64,000 nt of DNA, taken from positions 141,439 to 205,438 of the forward strand of contig JAHPZA010000001.1 in NCBI GenBank assembly GCA_019058445.1, read 5' to 3'. The notes under the pieces were generated by a model. That model made no database searches, had not been told where the DNA came from, and saw only the letters and a list, made by a program, of their open reading frames with translations. Both the position numbers and the translations under genes were made by a program. Positions within the stretch are counted from its first letter, which is position 1; each line of letters begins with the position of its first letter. Source of the DNA: Promethearchaeota archaeon (GTDB lineage Archaea; Asgardarchaeota; Lokiarchaeia; Sigyniarchaeales; SOKP01). Of this stretch, positions 1-11,210 are shown in pieces.

Positions 1-438
1 AAACCAAAACGCCCTCAAGCAGTTAAAAAGAGAGAAGGTCAACAATTTGGGTCTAGACAAATGCGTAGAAAAATGCAGCAACAAGGGATAGATATGGATC
101 AAGTCGACGCAACACGAGTAATAATTGAAGGCCCTGAGAAAACACTTGTTATTACTCAACCTGAAGTGGTTTTAATGAAACAAGCAGGTCAGGAAATATA
201 CCAAGTAATTGGAACAGCAGAAGAATTTTCTCCAGAAGAAATTTCAATCGATGAGGCAGAGAAAATAGATGATAGTGAACCATTAGATGAATCCGAGATG
301 AAACCTACCATTACTGAGAATGATATTATGTTAGTAGCGGCACAGGCAAATGTTGAACGAGACGAAGCTGAGGCTGTTTTAATAGATTGCAATGGTGATA
401 TTGCTAAAGCTATTTTGCTTCTTAAAAATAGACCTTAA
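1..438 (+). CDS. nac: Nascent polypeptide-associated complex (NAC) protein; frame is open from base 1, so possibly 5'-truncated
   Basis: NAC domain (RVIIEG..LVITQPEV..IYQVIG) plus C-terminal UBA-like DIMLVAAQANV...GDIAKAILLL. Confidence 0.92.
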   Translation, partial: KPKRPQAVKKREGQQFGSRQMRRKMQQQGIDMDQVDATRVIIEGPEKTLVITQPEVVLMKQAGQEIYQVIGTAEEFSPEEISIDEAEKIDDSEPLDESEMKPTITENDIMLVAAQANVERDEAEAVLIDCNGDIAKAILLLKNRP

Positions 439-532
439 ATTCTTAAAAGTAAAATTTGAATAATAAGAAAACATTAAGAATAATGAACCTATTTAAAATA
501 TATTCATAAGGAATTATAATTAATGAGTTAAC

Positions 533-889
533 ATGTCTAAAATTAAAAAAAAACCCGCCGATCGCTCAACAACAACTATTTCGAAAAAGGATATCGCATT
601 TGAGAAATCAATCCAGTTTTGTGCGTGGATGTTTTTAATCTCATTAAGCATATTTCTTGTTTATTATGGTATTTTTGATATCATCTTAGAAGAAATTGAT
701 ATTGAAATCACCGCTATGCTATTTTCCTACGCTCTTTTTACGGGAACATCTTCTGCACTTTGCTTTGCTTTATCAACAAAAATAAGAAGAAATAGAGATA
801 GAAAGAAAGAGATATTTATAGACTGGATTATAGCTGAGTTTTTGTTTTGTATGTTTGCGATATTTTCAGTAGCGGTTTATCAATGGTAA
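533..889 (+). CDS. Small membrane protein (~3 TM)
   Basis: Three hydrophobic segments in a 118 aa ORF. Confidence 0.7.
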   Translation: MSKIKKKPADRSTTTISKKDIAFEKSIQFCAWMFLISLSIFLVYYGIFDIILEEIDIEITAMLFSYALFTGTSSALCFALSTKIRRNRDRKKEIFIDWIIAEFLFCMFAIFSVAVYQW

Positions 890-892
890 AAA

Positions 893-1225
893 TTATTTAT
901 AATCCTCCCTCGCAGGACTAAAAACTTCTACAACTTCAGCAGTTTCAAGCACTTTTGCGCCATGTTTTTCCCACGAATCAAAAACATAGCTATCTCCTTC
1001 TTGAGCTAAAAATTCACCTCTAGTTTCAGTAACAAATTGGATTTTTCCAGACACTACGTACCCAATCTGATGGGCATCGTGATCATGGAGAGGAATTTCA
1101 GCGTTTTTTTCAAGATCAAAAAAACATAACATAACTGAATCATTATAAGTCATGGTTTTTCTAAAAATTCCGTCTAGCGCTTTGACTTTTTGGATATTGT
1201 CTTTATTTACGGGTCCTTTAATCAT
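893..1225 (-). CDS. Cupin domain protein
   Basis: PLHDHDAHQIGYVVSG and GDSYVFDSWEKHG cupin motifs. Confidence 0.88.
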   Translation of the reverse strand: MIKGPVNKDNIQKVKALDGIFRKTMTYNDSVMLCFFDLEKNAEIPLHDHDAHQIGYVVSGKIQFVTETRGEFLAQEGDSYVFDSWEKHGAKVLETAEVVEVFSPAREDYK

Positions 1226-1619
1226 TTATTTTTTACCTCTTACATCCATTTAATATTTTTTTTATTTAAATATATACAAGACTAATTCTTATAAAATTTT
1301 ATAGTTAAAACTGAAAGGCGTTTTACTGACTAGCGACAGAAATCCCTAAGAAGAGAAATTAGAAAACTAGTTAACCCTCTAAATAAAAAAATCCTAAAAT
1401 GATTAGGATTTCAAGAGGAAACTCTTTTACAAGAACATTGTTACATTAATAGGAAAAACTTAAATTAAAAATACAAATAAATTTTTATATTCATCGAAGA
1501 AAAATATAATGTAATTAACTGAAATATTATTCACATGAATTATCTAATTAGGTTGGGATTGCCGACAAAAATTCTTTATTTGTGAATCTTAAAGATAAGT
1601 TTATTTATAAAAAGATAAA

Positions 1620-3770
1620 ATGGAAACAAAAGATAATGGAAGGTTAAAAATGGTTTTTGTAGAACAAACGAGTGCACATAAAAAGAAAAGTAAATATCTA
1701 AAAAATTTATTACCTAGAGTGTTTAGAACGGAAGGGGATGTGGTTAAGTTTGATCCGTTAAAAATTGAAAATAGTATCATTAAAGAAACTGGTTTGGATA
1801 AAGAAAATGCTGATAGATTAACTGAAATCGTTGTGAGAAGGATCATATCATCAGGAATTCAATTTCTCTCAGGACCCCATATTCGAGAAATAGTTTGCTC
1901 TGTTCTTTCAGAAGAACACTATGAGGACCAGAGAAAGTTATATACTCGAATTGGAATGCCTTTAATGGATTATGAAGCTATTTTAGACCAAGGCATAAAT
2001 GAAAATGCTAATCAAGATATGAATCCTGAGAGTATCCATCACTGGGCTGCAAATCGAATCTCCGAAGAATATGCGCTTTTAAGGCTTTTAGATTCAGAAG
2101 AAGCTAAAGCTCATTTGTATGGTGATATCCATATCCATATGCTAAGATATTTCGATCTTCGTCCTTTCTGCCAGGAATGGGACCCTCGCATGATTCTCGA
2201 GCATGGTTTACCCCCTGTTGAAAGTTGGCCGCATTGTAGTAAATCGGCTCCTGCTGGAAGCTTGAGAGTGGCTGTAACTCATTTAGCAAAATGGTTAGGC
2301 ATAATACAAGGGGAATTTTCAGGAGGACAAGGTTATGATTATATTACAACGTTTTTAGCTCCTTATGCGAGAGGAATTTCTGACAGGGAAATAGAACAAT
2401 CAATGCAATGCTTAATTTTTGAAACTAACCAAATTTTTGCTGCAAGGGGTGGGCAAGTACCATTTACTTCAATATCCTGTACTCCAACAGTACCAGAAGG
2501 GTTACTTGATATTTCAGCAATAGGACCTCATGGAAAAATAGTTGGATCTTATGGAGATTATAAAGATGAATGCCTACAGCTATTTGATGCATTAACGGAT
2601 GTGTACATTAAAGGAGATCAAAATGGAAAACTTTTTGCTTTTCCAAAACATGAAATAAAAATTAAAAAAGAATGGATAAATGATTTCGAACCGTCTTATT
2701 TGAAATTGATGGAAGAAGTGGCAACTATGGGTACTCCTTATTTCCTTAATATGTGTCCTGACTGGATGCCTGATGAAATACATAGTCAATGTTGTAGAAA
2801 ATTTCTCAGTGGAAATGAAATCATTAGTAAATGTATCCTTGATCCCGAAAAAAGAAAAGATGCAAATGTTTGGGAAAATTACGTGACTATTGGCTCTCTT
2901 CAAAGTGTAAGCTTAAATCTACCTAGATATGCCTATTTATCTCGAAATGAAGATGATTATTTGGAAATATTAGATGAAAAAATGGAATTATCTGCTAGAA
3001 TTTTGATAAAAAAATGGAAGTTAATGGAAAAAAGATTACAATCAGGTCACCTCCCACTGTGCTGCGGAAAAATAAACGGAAAACCAATTTTTAATATAAA
3101 CGATCAAAACCTCTCTATAGGTTTTACAGGATTAAATGAAGCCGTTAAAAGTTTAACTGGAGAAGAACTCCACGAAAGTAAAGATGCGTATAATTTGGGC
3201 AAAAAAATATTGGAATTCATGGTCGCAAAATGCAATACAATGACAGAAAGAGATGGATATTCATATTCACTCTGGGAACAGCCCGCCGAGAGCAGTTCAG
3301 GACGCTTTGCTAAATTGGATTTGAAACATTTTCCTAAAAAAGCAATTCCTCAATCATCTGGTAAATCTGCTTATTACACAAATTCGGGTCATTTCAGATA
3401 TGATGCTGATATTCCACTATCAGAAAGAATAAAAAAGCAAGGAGATTATCATCCAATCGTGAGTGGGGGTGTTATTACTCATATTTTTCTAGGAGAACAA
3501 AAACCAGACATAAATGGATTGTGGGAGCTTACAAAAAATATTTGTCTTAACACAAATACGGCATATTTTGCATATTCTCCCGATTTTACATACTGTCCGC
3601 ATTGTCGAAAGATGTTTCGAGGGGGAAGCTTTACCTGTTCTCAGTGTGGATCTCAGGACGCAAAAGTTTATTCGCGTATTACCGGATATTATAGTGAAGT
3701 TAATAGATATAATGCTGGAAAGAGAGCAGAATGGGAAACCCGAAAACGACAAAATATAGTTCATATATAA
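1620..3770 (+). CDS. nrdD: Anaerobic ribonucleoside-triphosphate reductase (class III) with N-terminal ATP cone
   Basis: ATP cone, PAES motif, CxxC..CxxC zinc site, glycyl-radical loop SRITGYY. Confidence 0.97.
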   Translation: METKDNGRLKMVFVEQTSAHKKKSKYLKNLLPRVFRTEGDVVKFDPLKIENSIIKETGLDKENADRLTEIVVRRIISSGIQFLSGPHIREIVCSVLSEEHYEDQRKLYTRIGMPLMDYEAILDQGINENANQDMNPESIHHWAANRISEEYALLRLLDSEEAKAHLYGDIHIHMLRYFDLRPFCQEWDPRMILEHGLPPVESWPHCSKSAPAGSLRVAVTHLAKWLGIIQGEFSGGQGYDYITTFLAPYARGISDREIEQSMQCLIFETNQIFAARGGQVPFTSISCTPTVPEGLLDISAIGPHGKIVGSYGDYKDECLQLFDALTDVYIKGDQNGKLFAFPKHEIKIKKEWINDFEPSYLKLMEEVATMGTPYFLNMCPDWMPDEIHSQCCRKFLSGNEIISKCILDPEKRKDANVWENYVTIGSLQSVSLNLPRYAYLSRNEDDYLEILDEKMELSARILIKKWKLMEKRLQSGHLPLCCGKINGKPIFNINDQNLSIGFTGLNEAVKSLTGEELHESKDAYNLGKKILEFMVAKCNTMTERDGYSYSLWEQPAESSSGRFAKLDLKHFPKKAIPQSSGKSAYYTNSGHFRYDADIPLSERIKKQGDYHPIVSGGVITHIFLGEQKPDINGLWELTKNICLNTNTAYFAYSPDFTYCPHCRKMFRGGSFTCSQCGSQDAKVYSRITGYYSEVNRYNAGKRAEWETRKRQNIVHI

Positions 3771-4019
3771 ATAACAAAATTTTATGCACTCTATCAATTT
3801 AAAAATCATTATATTTGAAATATTTGCATCATTAGTGAGAGATTTACTCTAGTTATATAACTTGAATGAAGATATAAATCCGAAAAAATAATATCAAGCA
3901 AATAACGAAAGACATTTTGAGATATTCACTAATAAAATTAATGATGAATTTAGAAAATTATTTAAGAAACTAAGACCTATGAACATAGGACAAAAGATTA
4001 AAGATGAGTAGATTTTTCA

Positions 4020-7000
4020 ATGAAACAAACAGAAAGATCATATTTTTCTTATTCAACAAAATTAAAAATTGCTGCATATTGTAATAATACTTGCGCTTTT
4101 CCTTCATGTGGTAAAAAAGTTCTTAGTGGGAGGATTAAGGCAGAAGATCTCGAAAATGGATTTTCTAAAGGTGAATTTGCTCATATAGTTGGTGTATCTC
4201 CTCAAGGACCTAGGCGATCTCAAGATGTGTCTCTAGAGAGCATTAATGATGTTTCAAATGGGATACTACTATGTGCAGAACACCATGCATTAATAGATGC
4301 AAATCCTAATGATTATCCTATAGAAACCTTAAGAAAATGGAAAAGGAATATTGAAGATAATTATAAAAATCTTCTGTTTATCAGTGATTATGATTCATGG
4401 GATGTTGACATAAATAATTTAATTAAAACTTCTGAATTTATTCAATATTCCGAAGAATTAAATAAATTTTTAAATAGTTCTGAGAATCTAATTGTGCACG
4501 TAGACGGCGAAATAGGAGTCGGGAAAAAAACTTTTGTAAAATATTGCTTTTCTCAATTACCTAAAAATCTGCAGAACGAAGTTATTATAATACAATCTAA
4601 TGATTTTGATCTCTCAAATTTCTCATTGTTTAATAAAATGATTAAATCAAGATTCCTTATTTTGCTTGAGACTTCTCCAAATTATCTTAAAAAATTAGTT
4701 GATAGAATTAAACAAGTTAATCCAACTAGTTATAAAGTCATTTCGATTGGTTCGGGTGAATTAGTAACTAAAAAAATAAATGGAATTATAAAAAAATATA
4801 CTTTAAACCGTTTAGATTCGAAAAGTTCAAGGAAATTAATCAGCCAATTAAGCAAAATTATTTCTCAGAATAATATAAAATATATTTTGGATTTGACAAA
4901 AGGAAATCCAGGAATTATTGCATCATTGGTCAAATATAATGAAAGAAAATATGATTTCACAGATGATTCCATAATTTCTGAAATTTTCGAGAATTTCAAT
5001 GAAAGAATTAAAAAAATGGGGATAGAGTTAATTCTAGTTAAAAAAATTATATTAGGTTTCTCAATCTTCTCTGAATTAGGATGGTATAAAGGATTATATA
5101 AGACATTATTTGAGAAAGGAAAATGGAGTTATGAATTTGAAGAGATACCTAACAAATTTTCCAAGATAATAAATGTTGATCTAGACAAGATTGACATTAT
5201 TATTACAGAATTACTTGAACTAAAAGTTTTAGAAAGAAAAGGGAGATTTTTAACTTTATCTTTACCATGTTTATCAGGTCTTTTCATTCGTCAGACACAG
5301 GAGGTATTTCTCAAGTATTTTAAGCGAATTATGGATTTACAAGATCCACATTTATTACAAAAATTTTTAAAACGATTAAAACAGTTTGCTTATGAAGAAG
5401 TCCTAATTTCATCAATTGTTAAGGAAATTCTCGATACTGGGTTATTATCAACTATAGACTGCCTAAATATTAATTTTTTTTCTACAATCCTCTTAAATCT
5501 TGCACAGCTTAATAATAAACTAGTGGCTGACCATCTTGAATTATTATTCAAGCATAAAAATCCACTAGAATTAAAAGAAATTTTAATCAATCGAAGAAAC
5601 TTAATAACAGCTCTTGAGCATCTGATATGGTATCCAGAAACATTTAAGACGGGAATGGATATTTTAATTAAACTAAGCATAGGTGAAAATGAAGACTGGG
5701 CTAATAATGCAACAGGATTAATACCTGAAAAATTTAGAGTATATTTACCTGGAACGTCAGCAAGTTTAGATTTGAGATTGAATTATTTATCTGAGTTTAT
5801 TGCTAATTCAACTGAAGAGCATTTTTTTTTGATTCCAATGATTTTCAAATCTATTTTCTATCTAAATACTAGTTCTAGATTGATATACGCTGAGATACAA
5901 TCATTTAAGCCAATACCAAAAGAATTCGTACCAAATCCAAAAGAATTGTCAAAGTATTTAAATGAAACTTTTAAAATTTTTAAAAATCAATTTGAAAATG
6001 AAAAATTTGAAAAAGATGGATTAGAAATCATAAATAATAATTTGAAACTTTTTGTAGAACTAAACAAGTTTGAAGAAATTAAATCAATATGGAATAAAAT
6101 AATAAGTAAAGATAGAGATTTTAAAATCAGATTAATAAATTTTTTCGAATATCGATTCAAGAATGATACAATCTATCCAGATATTAAAGAGTATATAAAC
6201 AAATTAAAAGAAGATTTTTCCCTACTTGATTCAATTAAAGAGTTTTCTTGGAAAAGCCCATTAGATTTTAAAGAAGAAGATATGAAATCCAAATCTCTTG
6301 AAGTAAAAAAAGTATTATCTAGTTTAGAAAAGGAAGAAATTCAAGAGATTCTAGAATGGTTAATGAAAAATTCTGGTGATTTTGTCATACAAATTGGAAT
6401 TTTGTTATCATTGGACAAAGATTGGATTGATCAATATGAAGATGTATTAGAAAGCTTTCTAAAATTAAAGGAAAATAGGGAATTTGATTTCTTTCTTGCG
6501 GTCTCTTATAACATTAGAATTAAGGACCAAGAAAGGTGGAGATCTATATTAAAAAAAATTGAAGCAAATGAAGGACTTTCACATGATTACTTTAGATTGT
6601 TAAGAGCAACTCCAATTCTCGATGATTGGGTTGTAAATAAAATAGTTGATTTAGCTGAACATGATTTCCTAAATGAAAGTGATTTATATCAATTTTCATG
6701 TTTAGAAAATGTAATTGAATTGGATGAAAACTTGTTTAAAAAAATAATGAGAATCTATTATAATAGATTTCCTAATGTAATTTCTGTTAAGCCTCAACAA
6801 TGGAATGATAATTTATTCTTAATAAAACGATATATTGAAAAAAATCCCAATTTTATCAAAAGAAATGTTGAAGATCTATTAAAAATTCTTTTAAATTTTG
6901 AGTGTCATGAAGTTGAGATTGGTGATAAATTTTCAAGCCTTTGGTTAGAAATTATTCTTATAATTATTAAAGAATGTCCGGGAACAATTAAGGAAATAAG

Positions 7001-7571
7001 AAAAAAAATAATTAGTTTAATTCCTAGCAAATATTTACCAATGGATTTTGACAAAACAACTATTAACACTCTATTTATCAATTTTTATGAAATAGAAGCA
7101 GAAGATACCTGGGAAGATTTTAAAATTTTATTTAAATCCAAATCAATTGATTATGTAGAGTTTTATTTCAACCTCTTATTTCTAAAATTAGTGCCTATCA
7201 ATAAAATTTTAGAATTATGTGAGGAAAATGTAGAAAAAAATCCTTTAATTCTTGTTAAAATTGTAGGAGAGGATATCCAATCTCAAAAAGGTCAAGATCT
7301 TGTTCGTGAAATTTGGTATAACTACTCGAATATTAGCAATCTTTCTTTTGAAATATATTCTAATTATACTTCTGGTGTCAAAATATTCTCACCTGGTGAA
7401 AGCGCTAAAATTCAAGAATTTCAATTAAAAAGACTTGAGGAGTGGCTTGAAAAAGAAAAAAAAATGGAAAAAACTAGAGAAAAAATGACGATATTAATAA
7501 ATGAATTGAAAAGATTAATCTCGAGGGATGAAATACACGCAAAACAGAATGATGAAGAAACAAAAATTTAG
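4020..7571 (+). CDS. HNH endonuclease fused to a STAND-like P-loop NTPase and long helical C-terminus (Avs-like defence protein)
   Basis: N-terminal CAFPSC..AHIVGVSPQGPR..NGILLCAEHHALID (HNH); Walker A GEIGVGKKT; GNP motif; ~800 aa helical tail. Confidence 0.75.
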   Translation: MKQTERSYFSYSTKLKIAAYCNNTCAFPSCGKKVLSGRIKAEDLENGFSKGEFAHIVGVSPQGPRRSQDVSLESINDVSNGILLCAEHHALIDANPNDYPIETLRKWKRNIEDNYKNLLFISDYDSWDVDINNLIKTSEFIQYSEELNKFLNSSENLIVHVDGEIGVGKKTFVKYCFSQLPKNLQNEVIIIQSNDFDLSNFSLFNKMIKSRFLILLETSPNYLKKLVDRIKQVNPTSYKVISIGSGELVTKKINGIIKKYTLNRLDSKSSRKLISQLSKIISQNNIKYILDLTKGNPGIIASLVKYNERKYDFTDDSIISEIFENFNERIKKMGIELILVKKIILGFSIFSELGWYKGLYKTLFEKGKWSYEFEEIPNKFSKIINVDLDKIDIIITELLELKVLERKGRFLTLSLPCLSGLFIRQTQEVFLKYFKRIMDLQDPHLLQKFLKRLKQFAYEEVLISSIVKEILDTGLLSTIDCLNINFFSTILLNLAQLNNKLVADHLELLFKHKNPLELKEILINRRNLITALEHLIWYPETFKTGMDILIKLSIGENEDWANNATGLIPEKFRVYLPGTSASLDLRLNYLSEFIANSTEEHFFLIPMIFKSIFYLNTSSRLIYAEIQSFKPIPKEFVPNPKELSKYLNETFKIFKNQFENEKFEKDGLEIINNNLKLFVELNKFEEIKSIWNKIISKDRDFKIRLINFFEYRFKNDTIYPDIKEYINKLKEDFSLLDSIKEFSWKSPLDFKEEDMKSKSLEVKKVLSSLEKEEIQEILEWLMKNSGDFVIQIGILLSLDKDWIDQYEDVLESFLKLKENREFDFFLAVSYNIRIKDQERWRSILKKIEANEGLSHDYFRLLRATPILDDWVVNKIVDLAEHDFLNESDLYQFSCLENVIELDENLFKKIMRIYYNRFPNVISVKPQQWNDNLFLIKRYIEKNPNFIKRNVEDLLKILLNFECHEVEIGDKFSSLWLEIILIIIKECPGTIKEIRKKIISLIPSKYLPMDFDKTTINTLFINFYEIEAEDTWEDFKILFKSKSIDYVEFYFNLLFLKLVPINKILELCEENVEKNPLILVKIVGEDIQSQKGQDLVREIWYNYSNISNLSFEIYSNYTSGVKIFSPGESAKIQEFQLKRLEEWLEKEKKMEKTREKMTILINELKRLISRDEIHAKQNDEETKI

Positions 7572-8823
7572 CGAATTGATTCCAAAATTCGATAATTGTT
7601 ATATTCCTTTTAGATCAAACCTTGAAATTAAGATAGATCAAATTCATTTTAGAAAAAAAGGACAAGATGAATGGTCATATTTTTCTAAATTATTCAGTTA
7701 TGAAGATGATTATAATCATATAGTTGAAATTAATAACGAAATTGATGAAAATCTAATAATTATCTACTATAAATCACTTGATCCTATAAAGTTTTCGTCA
7801 GAATTTGTCCAACTTCGAGTTATTATAAATAATGAGATTTATAGATGTATGTGCTCAATAGAATGGATAAAAATTGAAGATGATTTACTTCCAAAGATCG
7901 TAATTAATTCAAATTTAGGATTTAAAAAGGAAAGAATTACCTGCCTATGTCTAAAATTAAACGACAATTGTTTGAAATTCCTTAAACAATTTAACCAATT
8001 AATTGAAACTCAAAATATTACAGATTTGACTGATATTCGTGGAATTAATATTAAAAATTATGATATCGCAATTGTAAATATCAAATTCTTAGATGATATA
8101 AATTTATACTTGAGATTTCTAAAGAATATTGGACAAATATACATCTCTGATGACATTGGAAAATTATCAGAAAATTGTCTCAATATCAACAAACACAATT
8201 CATCTTATTCCTTTCATTATCGTATATCTGAATTTTTAAAAATAAAATGTTTAAACATTGAGAAAAATGATAAAGTCGATTTTTGGGAACAAAATAAAGA
8301 TGAATCCGAGAGATTTTGGCAAAAATACTTACAAAAGCATACTGATATCTTTTCCTCTGCTCTAAACTATACTATGGAATTTATCTGTGATGAAGGATCT
8401 GTAAGAGGGCAAGATATATATGGAAAGGGAGAAAAAAGAATAGATTTTCTATATAAAGGAAATGATAATAATGCTATTCTAATCGAAATAAAAGGACCAA
8501 AAACTCAATTAATTATGAATATGGAATATCGTGAAGGAATATATCCTCCCACAACTGATTTATCAGCTTCAGTCCTTCAGGTAATGGATTATAAGAAAAT
8601 ACTAATCGAAAATTATAATGAAATTAAAAAAAGATGTGATTGTGATGGTTTAAAGACAGACATCATTAAATGTTATGTTATAATTGGAAACTTAGAAGAT
8701 TTAAAAGAGGAACAAGAAAAAAGTTTTTCTTATTTTAAAGAAGTCGTAAACCCATATGTGGAGATAATCACCTTTGATGATCTTTTTGATAAATATAAAA
8801 AAAGCTATTTAATGGTCATTTAA
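7528..8823 (+). CDS. Shedu-like (DUF4263) immune nuclease with variable N-terminal domain; true start probably a few codons downstream (MMKKQK)
   Basis: C-terminal SERFWQKYL..RIDFL..LIEIKGP..DLSASVLQVMDYK..IITFDDL pattern. Confidence 0.82.
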   Translation: MKYTQNRMMKKQKFSELIPKFDNCYIPFRSNLEIKIDQIHFRKKGQDEWSYFSKLFSYEDDYNHIVEINNEIDENLIIIYYKSLDPIKFSSEFVQLRVIINNEIYRCMCSIEWIKIEDDLLPKIVINSNLGFKKERITCLCLKLNDNCLKFLKQFNQLIETQNITDLTDIRGINIKNYDIAIVNIKFLDDINLYLRFLKNIGQIYISDDIGKLSENCLNINKHNSSYSFHYRISEFLKIKCLNIEKNDKVDFWEQNKDESERFWQKYLQKHTDIFSSALNYTMEFICDEGSVRGQDIYGKGEKRIDFLYKGNDNNAILIEIKGPKTQLIMNMEYREGIYPPTTDLSASVLQVMDYKKILIENYNEIKKRCDCDGLKTDIIKCYVIIGNLEDLKEEQEKSFSYFKEVVNPYVEIITFDDLFDKYKKSYLMVI

Positions 8824-8885
8824 TTACAAATTATCTTTTTGGATTATGGAAAATATATAAAAATGAGTTTGGAATACTTAAAAAT

Positions 8886-10784
8886 TTATTTATTGTCTTT
8901 TATGAAAGTTTGAAGATCTATAAAGAAATTGAAATTATCGCTTGTAATATTAGTTTTAAGTGTTTCTACTTCTTTATAAGTAACTGTCTCTGCTTCAGTA
9001 TTATTTCTTTTCTTACAAACAAATTTCCCATCTTCCTGTTCTACAAGAATTGGTTCCCTTGTTTGCTTAATAGCAACAATCAAAATGATTTTTTCTATAT
9101 CGAAATCATCTATCAATTTTATCTCTTTACATTTAATAAAATCCTTTTTTGGTTCTGTAAATTTCCTTAATACTTTCTTAATTTGTTTAATTTTTTCCTC
9201 TAATCCATCAATTCCGACAATCTTTTTTGGATCATCATCTGTAATACCAATAATTAATAAGCCACCATCATAATTGGCAAAACTTGTTACTTGATTGCAG
9301 AATTTAATTTTAGCCCTCTTTTTTTCTGATTTGCTGGATTTTTCCCAAAAGTCAAGTGTTTGCTTAAAGTCCCATAAATCATTTTCAATGCGGTTAGGTT
9401 CTATAGCTTTTTTTATAAAAAGAATTAAAGCTTCTTCATTATATAAAAAGGTTTGTTGCAGTCTATATTTGTTAATATCTAAATCTAATTCTTCATAAAT
9501 TTCTTCAAAATCTTCTTCAAGAATTTTGTTCACAATGGATTTAGTGTTTTCTTTTTGAATTAAATATACAGAGCATTCCTCTTCATTTTCGTATAAAAAT
9601 TCTCTAGAATGCGTAGTTATAAAAATCTGATTAGATTTTGATTCTTGAAGGAATTTATCCCTTAACTTAATTTCTAATCCAGGATGTAAATGAAGCCCAG
9701 GTTCTTCTATACATAGTATATTATCTTGCCCAATTTCCATGATATAAGCAATAAAGTGTGCTATGTTAAGTATACCAGCACCCATATTGTCCAAATTCAA
9801 TTCTATGTTTAAATCATTTTCTTTTAAAATTAATATAGTATAATCATTTTCGATCACTTCTTGCCTTAGTATATCAATTTCAGGAATAAATTCTAATAAT
9901 TGCTTATTAAGTTTTGAGTTCCAATCATGTTCATTGGTAACCAATTTCTTATATATTATAGTAACTAAATTACTTCCTACCGGATCCAGACTTAAGCGAG
10001 TGGCCCCTGAGGTCTCAGCCCTTGGATTAAATCTACGTTTATCTGGAATAATATGGATATTTTCAAAAAATTTAATTAATTCTTTAGCTATAAATGGAAT
10101 AGGGGGATAATTTTCAAGATTCAAATGTTCTTCTAAAATTTGTTTTATATATCGAATTCCACCAGTTCTTATATTTGCAAAATAATTTTTTAGAAATACT
10201 CTATCAATTGAAACATTTTGTTTTTGAATAGCTTTAGGATTATATACTGAGTTTTGAAAATTATCATTATCAAGTCTTTTAAAATGGAACAAATCTTGAT
10301 AGTTATTATCCATATGTAAAATTTGAATTCTTTCAATATATAAAGCCTTTCCAATATCGTACTTTTTCAAAAAAATTTTAATTTTATTGAAATATTCATT
10401 TGATTTAAGCCAGTCTAAAGCGACTTTTGTGTCATTCCAATTAAATTCTTGAAATTTTGGATCATTTTTCCTTGTATAATCAAAAACTCTATTTAAAAAA
10501 TTTCGAGTGATAAGTTCCAATATAATTTTATTTCTAAACTCTGATGTTAGGGAAAAAATTAGATTAAGTTCTAATGGTAGTGTTTCGTCTCCATCATAAT
10601 ATTGTTCTCTATTTACTTTTCTTTCTGAATAAGAATCTTGGAGTATCTTAAATATTTTAAATAAATTTGATTTACCTGAACTATTTTTTCCTATTATAAC
10701 ATTGTAATCTTTAAAATCCTCAAATTTAGCATCTTTATAACTCAAGAAATTTTTGATTTCTATTCCTGAAAGCTTAATATTCAA
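8886..10784 (-). CDS. AAA_15/OLD-type ABC ATPase fused to a C-terminal Schlafen/AlbA_2 domain
   Basis: IKNFLS..IIGKNSSGKS Walker A, IEEPGLHLHP, ITTHS; C-terminal WDFKQ..TSFANYDGGLLIIGI..IVGI. Confidence 0.85.
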   Translation of the reverse strand: MNIKLSGIEIKNFLSYKDAKFEDFKDYNVIIGKNSSGKSNLFKIFKILQDSYSERKVNREQYYDGDETLPLELNLIFSLTSEFRNKIILELITRNFLNRVFDYTRKNDPKFQEFNWNDTKVALDWLKSNEYFNKIKIFLKKYDIGKALYIERIQILHMDNNYQDLFHFKRLDNDNFQNSVYNPKAIQKQNVSIDRVFLKNYFANIRTGGIRYIKQILEEHLNLENYPPIPFIAKELIKFFENIHIIPDKRRFNPRAETSGATRLSLDPVGSNLVTIIYKKLVTNEHDWNSKLNKQLLEFIPEIDILRQEVIENDYTILILKENDLNIELNLDNMGAGILNIAHFIAYIMEIGQDNILCIEEPGLHLHPGLEIKLRDKFLQESKSNQIFITTHSREFLYENEEECSVYLIQKENTKSIVNKILEEDFEEIYEELDLDINKYRLQQTFLYNEEALILFIKKAIEPNRIENDLWDFKQTLDFWEKSSKSEKKRAKIKFCNQVTSFANYDGGLLIIGITDDDPKKIVGIDGLEEKIKQIKKVLRKFTEPKKDFIKCKEIKLIDDFDIEKIILIVAIKQTREPILVEQEDGKFVCKKRNNTEAETVTYKEVETLKTNITSDNFNFFIDLQTFIKDNK

Positions 10785-11210
10785 ATCTCCTTTCCCCCTT
10801 AATAATGATTTAAGACTCTTCTGATATTCTTTAGCAAAATATAATATTTATTCTCTTTGGTAAATTAGAAATTATAGAATAATAATTTAATAATATTAAT
10901 TAAAAAGTAAAAATAAAGAGAGTCTAATTATTTTTTACAATTCATTAAACACAATTTTACAAATTTTGAAGCAGATCTTCATTCTTTTAAATCTTAATAT
11001 AATTCTAAATTATTGAATTCAATATTTTCGTATATACTAGAACTATAATTTCAATTTTTATCAATACTCATGTATAGTAATCCTTAAGGTTAGTATTTAA
11101 TTATGAATATAAATATAAAGCTATCAAATAGTTATAGATTACTAGTATATATTTAAATTCACTTAATTACAAATAATTTTATATATTAATACATAAAAAA
11201 AGATTTTTTA

